Shown here: piece by piece, positions 11,889 to 23,875 of the stretch
How the letters are laid out: each line of letters begins with the position of its first letter
Position numbering within the stretch: the stretch's first letter is position 1
Program-made: the position numbers and the translations under genes
The notes under the pieces: model-generated
What the model saw: the letters and a program-made list of their open reading frames with translations, nothing else
Database searches by the model: none
Told to the model about the DNA's origin: nothing
DNA from: Antechinus flavipes
Lineage: Eukaryota
Direction of reading: 5' to 3'
NCBI RefSeq assembly: GCF_016432865.1
Contig: NC_067401.1
Location: forward strand, 36,890,001-36,954,000
Length of the DNA stretch: 64,000 bases

Positions 11889-12266
11889 GCAAGTATCTGC
11901 CATTGAGCATGGGTCCCACATATTCCTTCATGTTCACCTTTCTTCTCTTTAGTTTGTGTGGTGCATCCCAGAGCATCAGATGGAGTGTTAGACAGGATGG
12001 CCTCTCTAATGCTCTTTGGGTTCAGCTTGGGGGGGAGGGGAGGGAGCCAGTACTTTATGGGGATAGGAGAAAACAGATGCCCTATCAGAGAAGTTCTTTC
12101 TTTGTGTCTCTTTGCTGATGATAGTCATGTTTATGTACAAACCCTACTCGTATAATATTAGAGAAAATTGGAGTTGGCACTTTTGTTGGGGTGCTAGAGT
12201 TAGGTAATTCTGAACTTTGCTCCTTAGTTTCATGCAGGTATCCATTTTTCCATTTGATGCCATAGT

Positions 12267-12455
12267 ATGTAGACTCCTGGAGTTATAATCAGGAAGTCTT
12301 GAATTTGAATGTGACACACGTCACTTAACTTTTGTCTGTCTCAGTTTCTTCATCTCTAAAATGGGTTTAATAATAGCACTACCTGTAAGGATGAAATGAT
12401 ATATTACAAAACACTTTCCAAACTTTAAAAGAATATATAAATATTAGCTACTATG
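12267..12455 (+). mobile_element. MIR SINE
   Basis: gtcacttaac...tctcagtttcttcatctctaaaatggg...ataatagcactacc...aggatgaaatga. Confidence 0.7.
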
Positions 12456-14696
12456 TTGTAATAATGATTCGTCTTCTCTTGTGCCTTGTGTATTGTCTTT
12501 GTGAGAACTTAAAACATTGTATCTTCTAGCAAGAGTTAACTCATACATCTCTGCTATTCAAATGAAAATTTTTTTTTTTTTTTTTTTGGTGAGGGATTTT
12601 GTTAGTATAGGCTCAGAGTTCTTTTTAAATTACAGGACATTAGGCTGTCCTCACCATATTCTGCTACCATGTTTGTTGTCTTGGTGAAAGCATCTATATA
12701 TATAAATGATATTCTACTAAGTAGTATGGGAGTAGATAGTTATGTTCATGATAGTCCATTTCAAAAAGATAAAATTGACCACTTTACTCCAAAATTAATA
12801 TTATAATATTATCATTGTTAGACCATTCAAATTCCTGATGGCTTTAGCTGTTAAATATTCTATAACCAATAGAAAGCTTTCTTCCTCTTCTTCCAAATAC
12901 TTAAGTTAGTTTTGTTTGGCTGTTTAGATATTGGACTTCAACTTTTGTGGTACCTGGCAGGAATGGATTGTCCAAGGTAACTAGGTCTTGGCTCTTTGTG
13001 ATTTAATTCTCTCTCAGGCAAGACTGGACAGTGAACATGACCATGAAGATGATTCTATTCACTGTGCAGTTGTTTAGAGAAAACACTTTTATCAGAAGAG
13101 GATTTCCCTATAGTCTGAAACAAGGACAAGAAAACTCCTTCCAGCTCTCTTTATGGGAATTGTTAAAGTTACAGCGACTGTCCCTGATTGGACTAGAGCA
13201 CCTCGTGGTTAGGACATACAGTGTCTACAGACCCTTCTCTCTGGCAGTATTCTCCTAGTGCCACGAGTGACCATATACTTACTGGTTTTGAATTTAGGGC
13301 TCATTTGTAAGAAAAGAGTCCATTAACCAATAAGATGGAAACTGCTAGATAGTAACTTTTAATGAGATGAAAATAAATCACAAAGATGTGTCCATTTTGT
13401 TTGAATTGTTTCAGGAAAAACGCTGTGATTTCCGTTAGAAGTATTTAAGTTTCATGGGATAAAAATTTAATATAGTATTGTGATGAGTAAATTAGCTAAA
13501 TGTGTAGCATCAGCACAATGCTGTGTAACTTGGGTAATCTAGTTTGCTGAGGATGCAGATGAAGCTGAGATTGTTGAAGAATTAGATCACAGCTTGAGCA
13601 TCCTTGGGGGAAAAGCATAGAAAGAGTCTGTGGAGGTAAACTTCTGACAGATTTTGAGATCTAGAAAAAGGTGACCCTGAAGGTCTTTCAGCCTCTCAGC
13701 CAAAAACGAAATTTGATGTTAAGACAGGACAGTGGCGTGTCCAGGTAGATTCAGCCTCCTCTCCAGACTCCGCTCTGGCAGCGAGCTTTCACTTCCAACC
13801 TTGCTCCTAGAGACAGAAGAGAGGGATCTCAGAGGTCGCCAGGGCTGGAGCCAGCTCCCCCATTTTACAGACAAGTTCCCCCAGCGGGGGAAAGCAGTAC
13901 AGCAGATGAGTGGCACCAGAGCTGGGACTTCCCTTGGGTCCTCTGACTGCTAGCAAGTCTGCTTTGTTTCACAGGACCTTGCATGGCTGCACAGTGTCTC
14001 TGTCCCCTTGAGTTTCATGATGCTTATTTTTAGTGCAATTTTGCCTAGAGTCCAAGGGATAGCTCTAAGGTTTTTATTTCTGTATCAGTCATCAACAGAT
14101 AATTATTAAGAGCCTACTGTGTGCTAGGCTCTAAAGATAAAAGCACAAAAAATCAAAACTCTCCCTACTCTACATCATTTCTTTAATGGGGAAGATCACA
14201 AATATCTATCAGTCTACAGACAGAAAAATAAAAAGTTATTAAATAAGTGTAGTACTCTAATGACCAATGGCTTACCCTCAATTTATAGATCAGAATGTGG
14301 AAGGCTGTGCTTTCCCTTAGTTTCCAGTCTGTCAAGGATCGCAGTTAAGATGACATTAGAGCTTACAAATGACTTTCTTTAGTAATGTCCTCAGATTCCC
14401 TTCAGTCCCATCTCTGCTTTGTACATTATTCTGGGGTACATTGTGTCATCTGCAGGGGCGGATAGGGAATGGATAATTGCTGCATGGCTGGTTGAAATGC
14501 TGAGCATTCACCCACTTTTTGGTTTCTTAGCAGCTTAAACTCACGTAACCTTGGCCAAATTATGTCTTAACTTTTTACTTGTTTAGCGCTTTGGAAAATT
14601 GCTCACCAAGTGGTGACAGCACTTTACACCTCCTGGGTAGAACACCAGATTTCTGCCCATCCATCTGACTTGTCACATTTTTGTTCTTGTTCCCAG

Positions 14697-14812
14697 CAAT
14701 CTGCCGAGCGCTGTGTGAGCACGTTGCTGGACCTTATCCAGACCAAAGTCAATTACGTGGTTCAGGAGGCCATCGTTGTCATCAGGGACATCTTCCGCAA
14801 ATATCCCAACAA
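14697..14812 (+). CDS. AP2B1: AP2B1 coding exon (~exon 10), 116 nt, [12 protein letters not shown]...RKYPN(K)
   Basis: Acceptor ttgttcccag|CAA; donor AACAA|gtacgt. Confidence 0.96.
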
Positions 14813-16005
14813 GTACGTCAGACGAGGTGGAGGAATACCTCTCGGGCCCCTAGGGAAAAGCAGTGACCTGGCAGGCAGCTGTAACAGAAACTGTCACCTG
14901 GTGTCAGCTTTGCTTTGTACTTTGCAAAGTCAGTGTGATGGCCACATTCACACAGATTGGCTGTTCAGCATACAGAGTAAAACTGACCTCTGATTCTTCT
15001 GAATTTGAAGCCATGTTAAAGCTGGGAGGTGGCTGTATGGCATGTTTTCTGTTCTATGGATTCCTTGGAGAACACAATACAAATGTAGCAGTAATGTATC
15101 TGAGTGGCTCTGACAGGTTTGGGTGGAGCAGTGTTATGTCTGCTGGCCAAAAGGTGCAGAAATCCACCTTTCATTCCATATACTTACTTACATATGCTTT
15201 TGCTAAGGGAAATAATCCTTTTGAGGAAGCAGTCAAGAAACTGAAAGCCTTAGTTTAAAATCAGTTGTTTGGTTTAAAATTTTTTTTTCATTTTATTTCA
15301 TAATATTATAGCTTCTGGTCAGACTTGATGGGGATGCTCAGGGGCACGTATTGGAGGGGAGAAAGCAAGTATGAGTTCAGGAGTTCATTGAAAAGCATTT
15401 TGTAGTGAGGCAGCTAGCTGAATAGCAAAACCTGTTTATACTAAAAGAGATTTGCAGAAAGTGGCTGTGGGAAGAAAGCAGGTGTTTTTCTTGTCAATGT
15501 GACAGAGGCTTGGCTTTTTTTCATTGCTGTTATTGATAGAGAAGTTTTGCCATTCTTAACTTTGGAGCAAGGCTCATGTTATTGGTAAATGTATGGGGAT
15601 TACTTGTGTCACTCCAGGATACCTCCTCTGCTTGGGAGCTGTCTTGGTCAAGAAGAAGGTTCCCCATGACAGAAAAAAGTAGATAGACCTCTTGAAGCCC
15701 TTCATGAGTTTATTTGTTCCTCTTCAGCAGAGATGAATTGTGATGGGGGAAAAGATCTGGATTTCTCAGATAAGAGAGGCCCTAGGATGAAACTCTTTGA
15801 TTTTGGCTCTTCATCTGTTCTTAGCTGGTTTAGAACATCAGACTCTATGGAAGCCACTGAATTTCTCTTTGCATTTGCTAAAATAGCACCCTTATAAATA
15901 AGTTCATAATTGTGACATGAAAATAGACTGAGAAAATGGAAGCTCTTTTTGAGTTTTCTAAGAAAGAAAAATCCATCGAAACAAAATTCAGGAGTTTGCT
16001 GAAAA

Positions 16006-16071
16006 GTGTGTGTGTGTGTGTGTGTGTGTGTTGTGTGTGTGTGTGTGTGTTGTTGTTGTTGTTGTTGTTGT
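16006..16071. repeat. Compound microsatellite (TG)n followed by (TTG)n
   Basis: Read directly from the sequence. Confidence 0.95.
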
Positions 16072-16170
16072 CTAGTAAGATACTACAGAGAACAATTTAA
16101 GTCATTTTTAAAAAGTTGTCTTGTGGATTGCATTACATTATTTTTCATTCACATAATTTAACTTTAGCAA

Positions 16171-16305
16171 TGTGGTTTATTGTGCATTCATCCTAGTATC
16201 TGAGTTAACTATTGCTGTGGTTTATGGTGCATTTACCTTAGTATCTCAGCTGATTGTTGCTGTGGTTTGTGGTGCATTCACCCCAGCATCTCAACTTATT
16301 GTTTC
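16171..16305. repeat. Degenerate minisatellite, 3 x 45 bp
   Basis: Units start at 16171, 16216 and 16261, each tgtggtttRtKgtgcattYaYcYYagYatctSa... Confidence 0.85.
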
Positions 16306-16363
16306 TATTGAATACAGATTTTGAGTTTGTCTTTAGTCATCAGATCTGTTTTTGTTGTGTTAG

Positions 16364-16529
16364 GTATGAAAGTATTATTGCTACTCTCTGTGAGAACCTT
16401 GATTCCCTGGATGAGCCAGATGCTCGAGCTGCCATGATTTGGATTGTAGGAGAATATGCTGAGAGAATTGATAATGCAGATGAGCTCCTGGAGAGTTTCC
16501 TGGAGGGCTTCCATGATGAGAGTACCCAG
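16364..16529 (+). CDS. AP2B1: AP2B1 coding exon (~exon 11), 166 nt, (K)[11 protein letters not shown]...FHDESTQ
   Basis: Acceptor ttgtgttag|GTATGA; donor CAG|gtaagc. Confidence 0.97.
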
Positions 16530-16673
16530 GTAAGCTTTCTCTTTCCTTTACCCTGAGTCCTTCTTATGCTGAGAGTCCGGGAGGATTTTTCATTGGGGTT
16601 CCTCAGTACAGAATATATTTAAAATGGGATCATTACTGTACAAGATAATTGTTTTTCTCCCAAACTTCTGTAC

Positions 16674-16823
16674 TTTTTTTTTTTTTTTGCTGAGGCAACT
16701 GGGGTTAAGTGACTTACTCAGGATCACACAGCTAGGAAGTGTTAAGTGTCCTAAATCACCTTTGAACTCAGGTCCTCCTGACTTCAGGGTTGGTGCTCTA
16801 TCCACTGCACCACCTAGCGGCCT
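16674..16823 (-). mobile_element. WSINE1-like SINE with 9-bp target-site duplication cttctgtac (16665-16673 / 16824-16832)
   Basis: Poly(T) followed by gctgaggcaactggggttaagtgac...tccactgcaccacctagc. Exact flanking direct repeat. Confidence 0.9.
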
Positions 16824-17424
16824 CTTCTGTACATTTTTTGAGTTGTACTTAATTCCTGGCAAATCATAGAGTTCTGAGGCACAATTAAAATTCAATTAAG
16901 ACCTTTAAACCAACTGCTATGGGAGGAAGTTGACAAAGTTTGCCTGCTTATGACAATCTTAATAAATTGTCTTCAGATAACTCACATTTTAGACAAGCAT
17001 CTTCTTAATTAACCTGTTTATTACTTGAATTTATGAGAAGACCATCCCTAAGTGCCTCTACTCCACTCTCTTGGCTTGTCCCAAGGTGACTGCTATTTCT
17101 ATATACTCTTAAAACTGGAACTGCTAAGTAGCTCGTGGTTGGAAATAAATTATTTAGAAATTGGACTGGACCATATTTATAAAAAGATTATTGATTATCT
17201 GGCTCAGAAAACCAAAACAACTATATTTGACACCCAAAAAGTTGTAAGAAGAAAAAATTGGTGGAAGCTTTAAACTACATCACATGAGGGTGAATTTTGT
17301 AGGGCACTGGAGACTGTTTAAAAAGGGGAGAAGATCATCTCAGAGATTTACTGTGGGCTGTAAAGCTGTGGGCTGGTGAAACAAACTTCATTGACCTTAT
17401 CCTTCTTGACTTATGTGTGTGTAG

Positions 17425-17523
17425 GTGCAACTAACTCTGCTCACAGCAATAGTGAAGCTGTTTCTGAAGAAACCCTCAGAAACTCAAGAACTGGTCCAGC
17501 AGGTCTTGAGCTTGGCAACTCAG
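17425..17523 (+). CDS. AP2B1: AP2B1 coding exon (~exon 12), 99 nt, VQLTLLTAIVKLFLKKPSETQELVQQVLSLATQ; not in ORF track
   Basis: Acceptor atgtgtgtgtag|GTG; donor CAG|gtaagg. Translated by hand. Confidence 0.96.
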
Positions 17524-19444
17524 GTAAGGATGCTGATGAATATAGATAGAATCTGAATTAACTATTTCTATTTCCTTGTGTATAATGAAATGGTCTCCAA
17601 GGAATGGTTAGTATGAGAAGCCTTAGCCTGAAGAGTACACTGCCTTTCCATGTCATAGGGGAGTTTGATAATAAAATAAAGGAAAATTTCCACATTTGTT
17701 GAATTTGGGTAATTTACTATTAGTTTGTCTGAGTTGACTTTATGGGCACTTAAGAGTTAAATATGTTAATGAAGTAGTCTTTAATTTTTATCTTTTATTA
17801 AGAGTTTTTTGATGACTGAATTTGACAGTACTTCTTTCTGAGTTATCATAGTTTATTGGTAGGAGATGGCAGGTGACCAAACCAACAAAGCAGAATCCAG
17901 AAATGGAATCTTTGCAAGAGTGTCTTCTTTATTGTTTTTCCTCCTAAATGTCTTCTCATTCAGTTATTATTTATGATACTTTCTGGTATTAGTTGATATT
18001 CTACCCTCTTGAAAATGGGTATCAAAAAATTAAGCCATCTGTGAGAGCAGCCTGTTTTCCATTGCTTAAATAATTAGAAAAAATGAGGTCACAATTTAGA
18101 TGAGAAGAATGAATGGAACTCTCTTTTCTACTTTTGATAGCATTGAACATCTGCTTTGAAGGAGACTGTCGGATCTTTTTGTATCCTGAAAATGACTAAC
18201 AGGGATCATTTTGAGATTTGTGGGTTTTGCCACCTTTCACACAGATGTTCATGGGTTCAGTTTGGATTGAGATGTTCACTTGACCCTTTCTGGTTTTGTC
18301 TTTGTCATAGTATTGTTTTATAGATTTAATACTCTTTGTTCCTGACTTTTATGCTGCCTTGTAGACTGGCACTTTGTCTTTAATGTCCTCCAGTTTCATG
18401 TCTTCAGTCCAAGGTGTTCCTAATAACATATTTGAACATCTTCCTTTCTCTATAGAACACATGAGGATAGAGATTTGTAAGGAAAATTTTCTCTGCGACT
18501 TTGAGTCTTAAGAGAGCTGCCCTTGAGCACTGAGGGTCCCATAGCCAATGCGGCCAGGGGCTCCAAGGTCATGCACTCTGGAAAGCTGCTCTGGGATGAG
18601 CAACATTCTAGCTGTTGCTGGGTATGAAGGCAGCAGCTATTATTTTCCAGAATTGTAGAATCATAAGGTTGGCAGAGACCTTGTGAGATTTGCCACTGTT
18701 CTGTAGGCCCGAGTACTTTTTTTGCAGAAACAGGGACTGGAGCTCTCAGACCTGCTGTTGGGCGATTATTTCACACTTGGCACCAAGTGATGTTCCCCAG
18801 TTTATTTTAATCACCTTGGCCTTTTCTCTCTTTTTAATTAACAAGAGGGGGACATAATGTGGCAAAGTGTATATAGAGAGATCAACCTCCCTCTGATGAA
18901 TTCTTTGGCATCTTTTTGGCAACCTCAAGCCTCAAAGCTTATGGTTCTGAGCTGCACAAAACTGATGAAGCTGGAGACAGCAGAGTTCAGGGGAGAGTGA
19001 TGAAGTAAAGGGAGGGGTCACAGGTTTCTTTTGTTCCTTCTGTCATGTCACAACATTTAGTATGCCATTGGGAGCATAGGATTTACTTTCTGTAGAATAG
19101 TTATTCTCTGTCCTGTAAAGGTAATAAGACCTGGTGTTTTCCTGGATTGTTAAGAATTAAATGAAATATGTAAAAGACTATTATATGCCTTGATAATCAA
19201 AAAAGTTGATAAATTAAAGTAGTATTAAAGTTAAAAATTTCAGTTGGAAATAAAAAAAAACAACTCAACAACCTTGAATTTAAGGACTGTTTCCAAGATT
19301 TATCTTTTTCCTGGTTTTTTGCTCATTTACTTGTTTTAAAGAGCTTGGTAACAAAACCTATCGTTATGATTGGCTTTTAAGCAAACATCTTTTTTAGTGG
19401 AAGTCTCAGCTCTGCCACTGGAATAGAAGGGAATAAAGAGCTAT

Positions 19445-19590
19445 ATAGCACTACTGTTGTATAGCTAGGCACTGTGCTAAATTTGGCATATTATCCTCAT
19501 TTTACAGTTGGGGAAGCTGAGGCAAATAGAGCTGCCCAGGGTTACCCAGGTCTGTCTTCTTTACTCAGGACTCTACCCATTGCACCACCT
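19445..19590 (-). mobile_element. MIR/MAR-like SINE remnant
   Basis: atcctcattttacagttgggaagctgaggca...ctctacccattgcaccacct. Confidence 0.55.
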
Positions 19591-22154
19591 ATTCTTTTAG
19601 AGTCTGTCTAATGGAAGAGAAGTAGAATGTGCTGTCCTGTCCAGTGGATTCTACCTTCTCCATAGCCTTTGAAATAGGGTTTTGAAACCATGACCTTTGG
19701 CCCCTAAGGAACCCAAAGTGACCCAGAGCTCAGTAGTCCAATGGATGTTTAAAACTCGGAGTCACAGAATCCCAGTAGCACCCTAAGGGCACACTAGCAT
19801 CTGGCTTTTGCTCACAGATTTATATTCAGCCTGATTTGTGATGGTCTTTGGAGGAGCCAGAAGGCAGTGAAGTGCCTATTTAACCGAGGCTATTATGAGT
19901 TTGAACACAGAGTGATGGGGAATGAGCTTCTGGAAACCTATTTGGGTTTGAAGAGGGGAATTTACATATGTTTCTCCTCTAACAGTAGATATGATTTTTC
20001 TGAGGGGGAAAGGAAAATCAGTTTTGGCTTTGTATTGACAGATATTGTTGGGTAGTCTTTGTGAATTCTGCCTTTTTTAAACTCTGGTTCCAGCTTTTGG
20101 CTATTTTGCAGATGTCTCTTATAAAAGCTGAGTCTCCATGGAATTGATTTCCTTGAGGACACCCAACTACTAAGTCTTAGTGCCAGGACTAAGGTCTCCT
20201 GTTTCCAGATTCAATGCTCATTACACTGTACCATGTTGGAGAGAGCAGGTTTAGTGGGAAAGCTGATAAGCTCAATTTTTAATGTATTAATTTTAACTTG
20301 GACTGGAACATCCAGATGGAGATTTTTTTTTTTACAGGCAGTCATGAAAGAGTTAGGAATTAAAATTTGGGAGTTACTTGGATAGAGAAGACAGATAATA
20401 GGAGTAGTAATGATAATAGCAGCTAATACAACTAGTTAAGTATCTGAGGATGGATTAGAACTCAGCTCTTCCTGACTCCAGGGGCGGCCCCTGCTTGGTA
20501 GTTCATGGAAACCTGACTCTCCAAAAGGTGTGACAACTCCTGATCTGTCCTTCCTGTCTCTCATAGTGGTAGTTACTTGAGCTACTTCCTGTCACTGGCA
20601 CTTCCATGATCCTATGAAATTGGAAATTTCTTTGTTTGGTGTTAATCTCATATTTATTCACTTTTCTTTCTGCTTTATTTTTCTTAGACCTTGTCCTTAC
20701 TGGGACCTTTGGTGCTTAGTATCTGTTTTCCCAATGTACGTTTGTTTTCTGGCTTAACTTTCTTGCATTGCACTTGACCTCACTATTCTCTCAAGCTGCT
20801 GTGTCTCATTTCTTCCTTTTAGAGCCCAAGTTCTAAACGAGTTACCTGTCCTTGTAGCTTCTTACTCACTTCTCAATCCCTGGCTTCCAGCCCTACAACT
20901 CTTTTCTTCCAGGTTACCAATAATCTATTAAGTTCTTAATGTTCTGACTTTTTATTATTTACTGTTGGGTTTTCAAAGAAGTTTTTGACAAAAAGAAACC
21001 CTTCACATATACCAAATTCTTTAGAACAAAGTCTGTGGTAGCAACAAAATAGTAACAAAATAGGTGCCATCAATTTGTTGTTGATGTTTAGCTATTCCAA
21101 TATAGCTAAACAAATGATAGACCACAGTACTGAAAACCAAAGAAAGACTGAAGTCAGCCTAAGAAAAGTGAACAAACAAGGCAGGAAAACAGTATAGATA
21201 ATGACTTAGTAATGGAAATGGAAAGAACAGTAACAAAAATGATCAAAACTAAAATTGTGAAATTATAAAAACAATGTTGATCCCAAAGGAGAGAGAAGAG
21301 AAGATCCTCTTGCTTTATAGGTATGCCAAAGTCATGTGGGGGCAGGACTGGGTTTTTTGTTATTTGTTTGTGCTATCTTGGTCAATTTTGCTGATTTTTT
21401 TTTTTCTCTTCCTCTTTCTTTTTTGAAAAAAATTCTTTGTTACAAGAAAACTTTTTAGGAAGAGGAAGGGGAAAGTTGGCACTAGAGGGATGATTCATGA
21501 CTAAAGGACAGAAACTCCAATAGCTTGGAATGGGACATTGTATTTCCATGCTCAGAGCACTTTTATGTTTCCTTCATGGTTCAAATAGTTGAATTTGGTT
21601 AAGTGACCTCCAGCATGAATGACAGAGGATTGTGCCCTGAGTTGCATGAGGGAATGTCTCAAGTGCTTCAAAAGCAAAAACAAAACAAAACAATGTTGCT
21701 TCTCATTAGATGAAAATTTTGGGAGATCTTTGCAGAACTCTCAATCCCAAGTTAAATGATTTTACTCTATCATTGTACAAAGTGCTTTTTAAAAAACCAG
21801 TGCCTAAAATTGCAGGTCAGAATTGACTTGGGTTGGCAAAAACTGAGAAGGAAATATTCTTTAGACAAAGATTTAAGAGACATAAGGAGATGATGTAAAA
21901 TTTGCTTAATTTTTTTGGCACTGTATTTTTAACTTATAAGATATCTCCAGAACTCTGACACATTTATACTTAGTTTTTGTAGTTTTTCCTTTATTTTAGT
22001 TTATCTTTAACTTTCGAATGACATTTTTCAATCTTATTCTGTGCTACATTTCATCCACATGATGCATCATATATACACTGAGCATTGTAAAATAAAGAAG
22101 TTTAGGATTCTCTACACAAATTAAAAACCAAAAAACTCCTTGGTTTTTCTTTAG

Positions 22155-22414
22155 GATTCTGATAATCCTGACCTTCGGGATCGAGGCTATATCTACTGGC
22201 GCCTTCTTTCCACGGATCCTGTGACAGCCAAAGAAGTAGTTTTATCTGAAAAGCCCCTGATCTCTGAGGAGACAGACCTGATTGAGCCTACCCTCTTGGA
22301 TGAGCTGATCTGTCACATCGGTTCTTTGGCCTCCGTATATCATAAACCTCCCAATGCTTTTGTCGAGGGGAGCCATGGGATCCACCGTAAACACTTACCC
22401 ATTCATCATGGGAG
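22155..22414 (+). CDS. AP2B1: AP2B1 coding exon (~exon 13), 260 nt, [18 protein letters not shown]...LPIHHG(S)
   Basis: Acceptor tttttctttag|GAT; donor GGGAG|gtaagc. Contains the conserved beta-adaptin motif [15 protein letters not shown]. Confidence 0.97.
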
Positions 22415-23759
22415 GTAAGCACCTTGGAGAGAGATTTCAGTGAAGTGGGGCAGAAGGGGAGAGTCCTGAGAAGATAGTCCCTACTGTGGGCTGCTCTCAT
22501 TTTGTTGTGGGTCAGAAACTGTGGGCTCAGACTCAGGGAACTTATAATTATTGATGTCAAAAGAGCAAGCTTGTTGCTCATTATCAAATACTTGGGCAAG
22601 TTCAGTTCCTTGTCAGAGTTGGTGGCTGGGAGATTTAGATGAAAAACAACTTTTAAAAAATATTGCATTTAAATTCCATGTTGTGGGGATGTTTTTATAA
22701 ATAAAAGCCAAGATGTTAAAGCAATCACAAACAGCATTTCTAAGCTTGTCAGGCTAGTAAAAATTACTCTTAATCTGTCTTGGTATCAGACATGGAAAAG
22801 ATTGGTCCAGATTGATGGAAAGCTCTCTTGTGGGTATTCTCAGGGAGCTGGATTTATAGCAAGAACCATCTTTAGAGAGGGTTGATATCTTTACAATTCA
22901 GTGATCTGAAAACTAGATTATTGACTTTATTTATCATCATTCAACTAGTTGTAGTTTGTGAAACCTTTTTATTCCTATCACAACACTTAGAAATGCCAGT
23001 CTCCATTACTAGATTAAGTAACTGAACTCTGGGATGGACCAGTCCTTTTCACGCTGACATCCAGGAGTTGCCTGCCAGGAGTTCACAGTGTTCGCTGTGA
23101 AATCCCTTGAGGTAGGCTGTTTCAGACAGAAAAAATAGATCTGAAATGAAAGAATGAAGGTAATGGAGAAGGTGCTGAAGGATAAATGAGAAACCGCTCC
23201 ATTTTCTCTCTCTAGTTGCCAAGTAGTTGTCAAGATAACATGTCAGTTATCCTCTAGCATCCCTCCAGTCTTACTAAAAGAAGAATGAAGGCTCATCTCT
23301 GGGATGGATTTGCCTGTGGTCTCTGGCCAGAGGGTTGGCTTCCAGGTTTGACCTGGTTTCCTTCCCCTTTCATGGCTCTGTGGCTAGGCCACAGTTCTCT
23401 TGACTAGACCAGGTCAGTAGTGGCCAAACAGATGGTATTTCTTTAGAGCGTATAGACAGAGACTCTGACCAGGGACTTGGGTTCTTTTGGGACATGGTAG
23501 CCTTTCCTTTTTTTCCATTTTTCTCCATTTTTCTGTGGTTAACATTTCGCCTTTTTAAATGATGTGTTAAATATTTGCCCAAAGAAGCTATTAAAATTCA
23601 TAAGGCTTTTCTTAAAAATGTTACGTGAGAGGTAAAATATAGAAATTTATTGCTTTATTGTTTACAATAAGAGGAAACAGTTTTTTTAGAAAAATGATAA
23701 GATGATCCTTAATACCAGCCTTTTAATCTCCATACCAATTAATTAATTAATTAAATTGT

Positions 23760-23875
23760 GAGGCAGTAGAGGAGAGGGTGGTTAAGTGATTTGCCAATGT
23801 CAAAGGTCCAAGGCCTGATTTGAATTCTTGACTCCAAGGAGGATGCTCTATCCATTGTGCCACCTAGCAGCCCTT
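23760..23875 (-). mobile_element. Degenerate CORE-SINE fragment
   Basis: ggttaagtgatttgcc...tttgaattcttgactccaag...ctctatccattgtgccacctagcagccc. Confidence 0.6.

Noticed and set aside
11893-11898. Canonical GT donor gtatct 4 nt downstream of the GC site
   Set aside because: It would add GCAA and shift the frame of the next exon, and it matches the consensus poorly.
13480-13550. Box C (GTGATGA) and box D (CTGA) 70 nt apart, suggesting an intronic C/D snoRNA
   Set aside because: The terminal stem relies on G-U pairs, I recognise no rRNA or snRNA antisense element, and the surrounding sequence looks like a LINE remnant.
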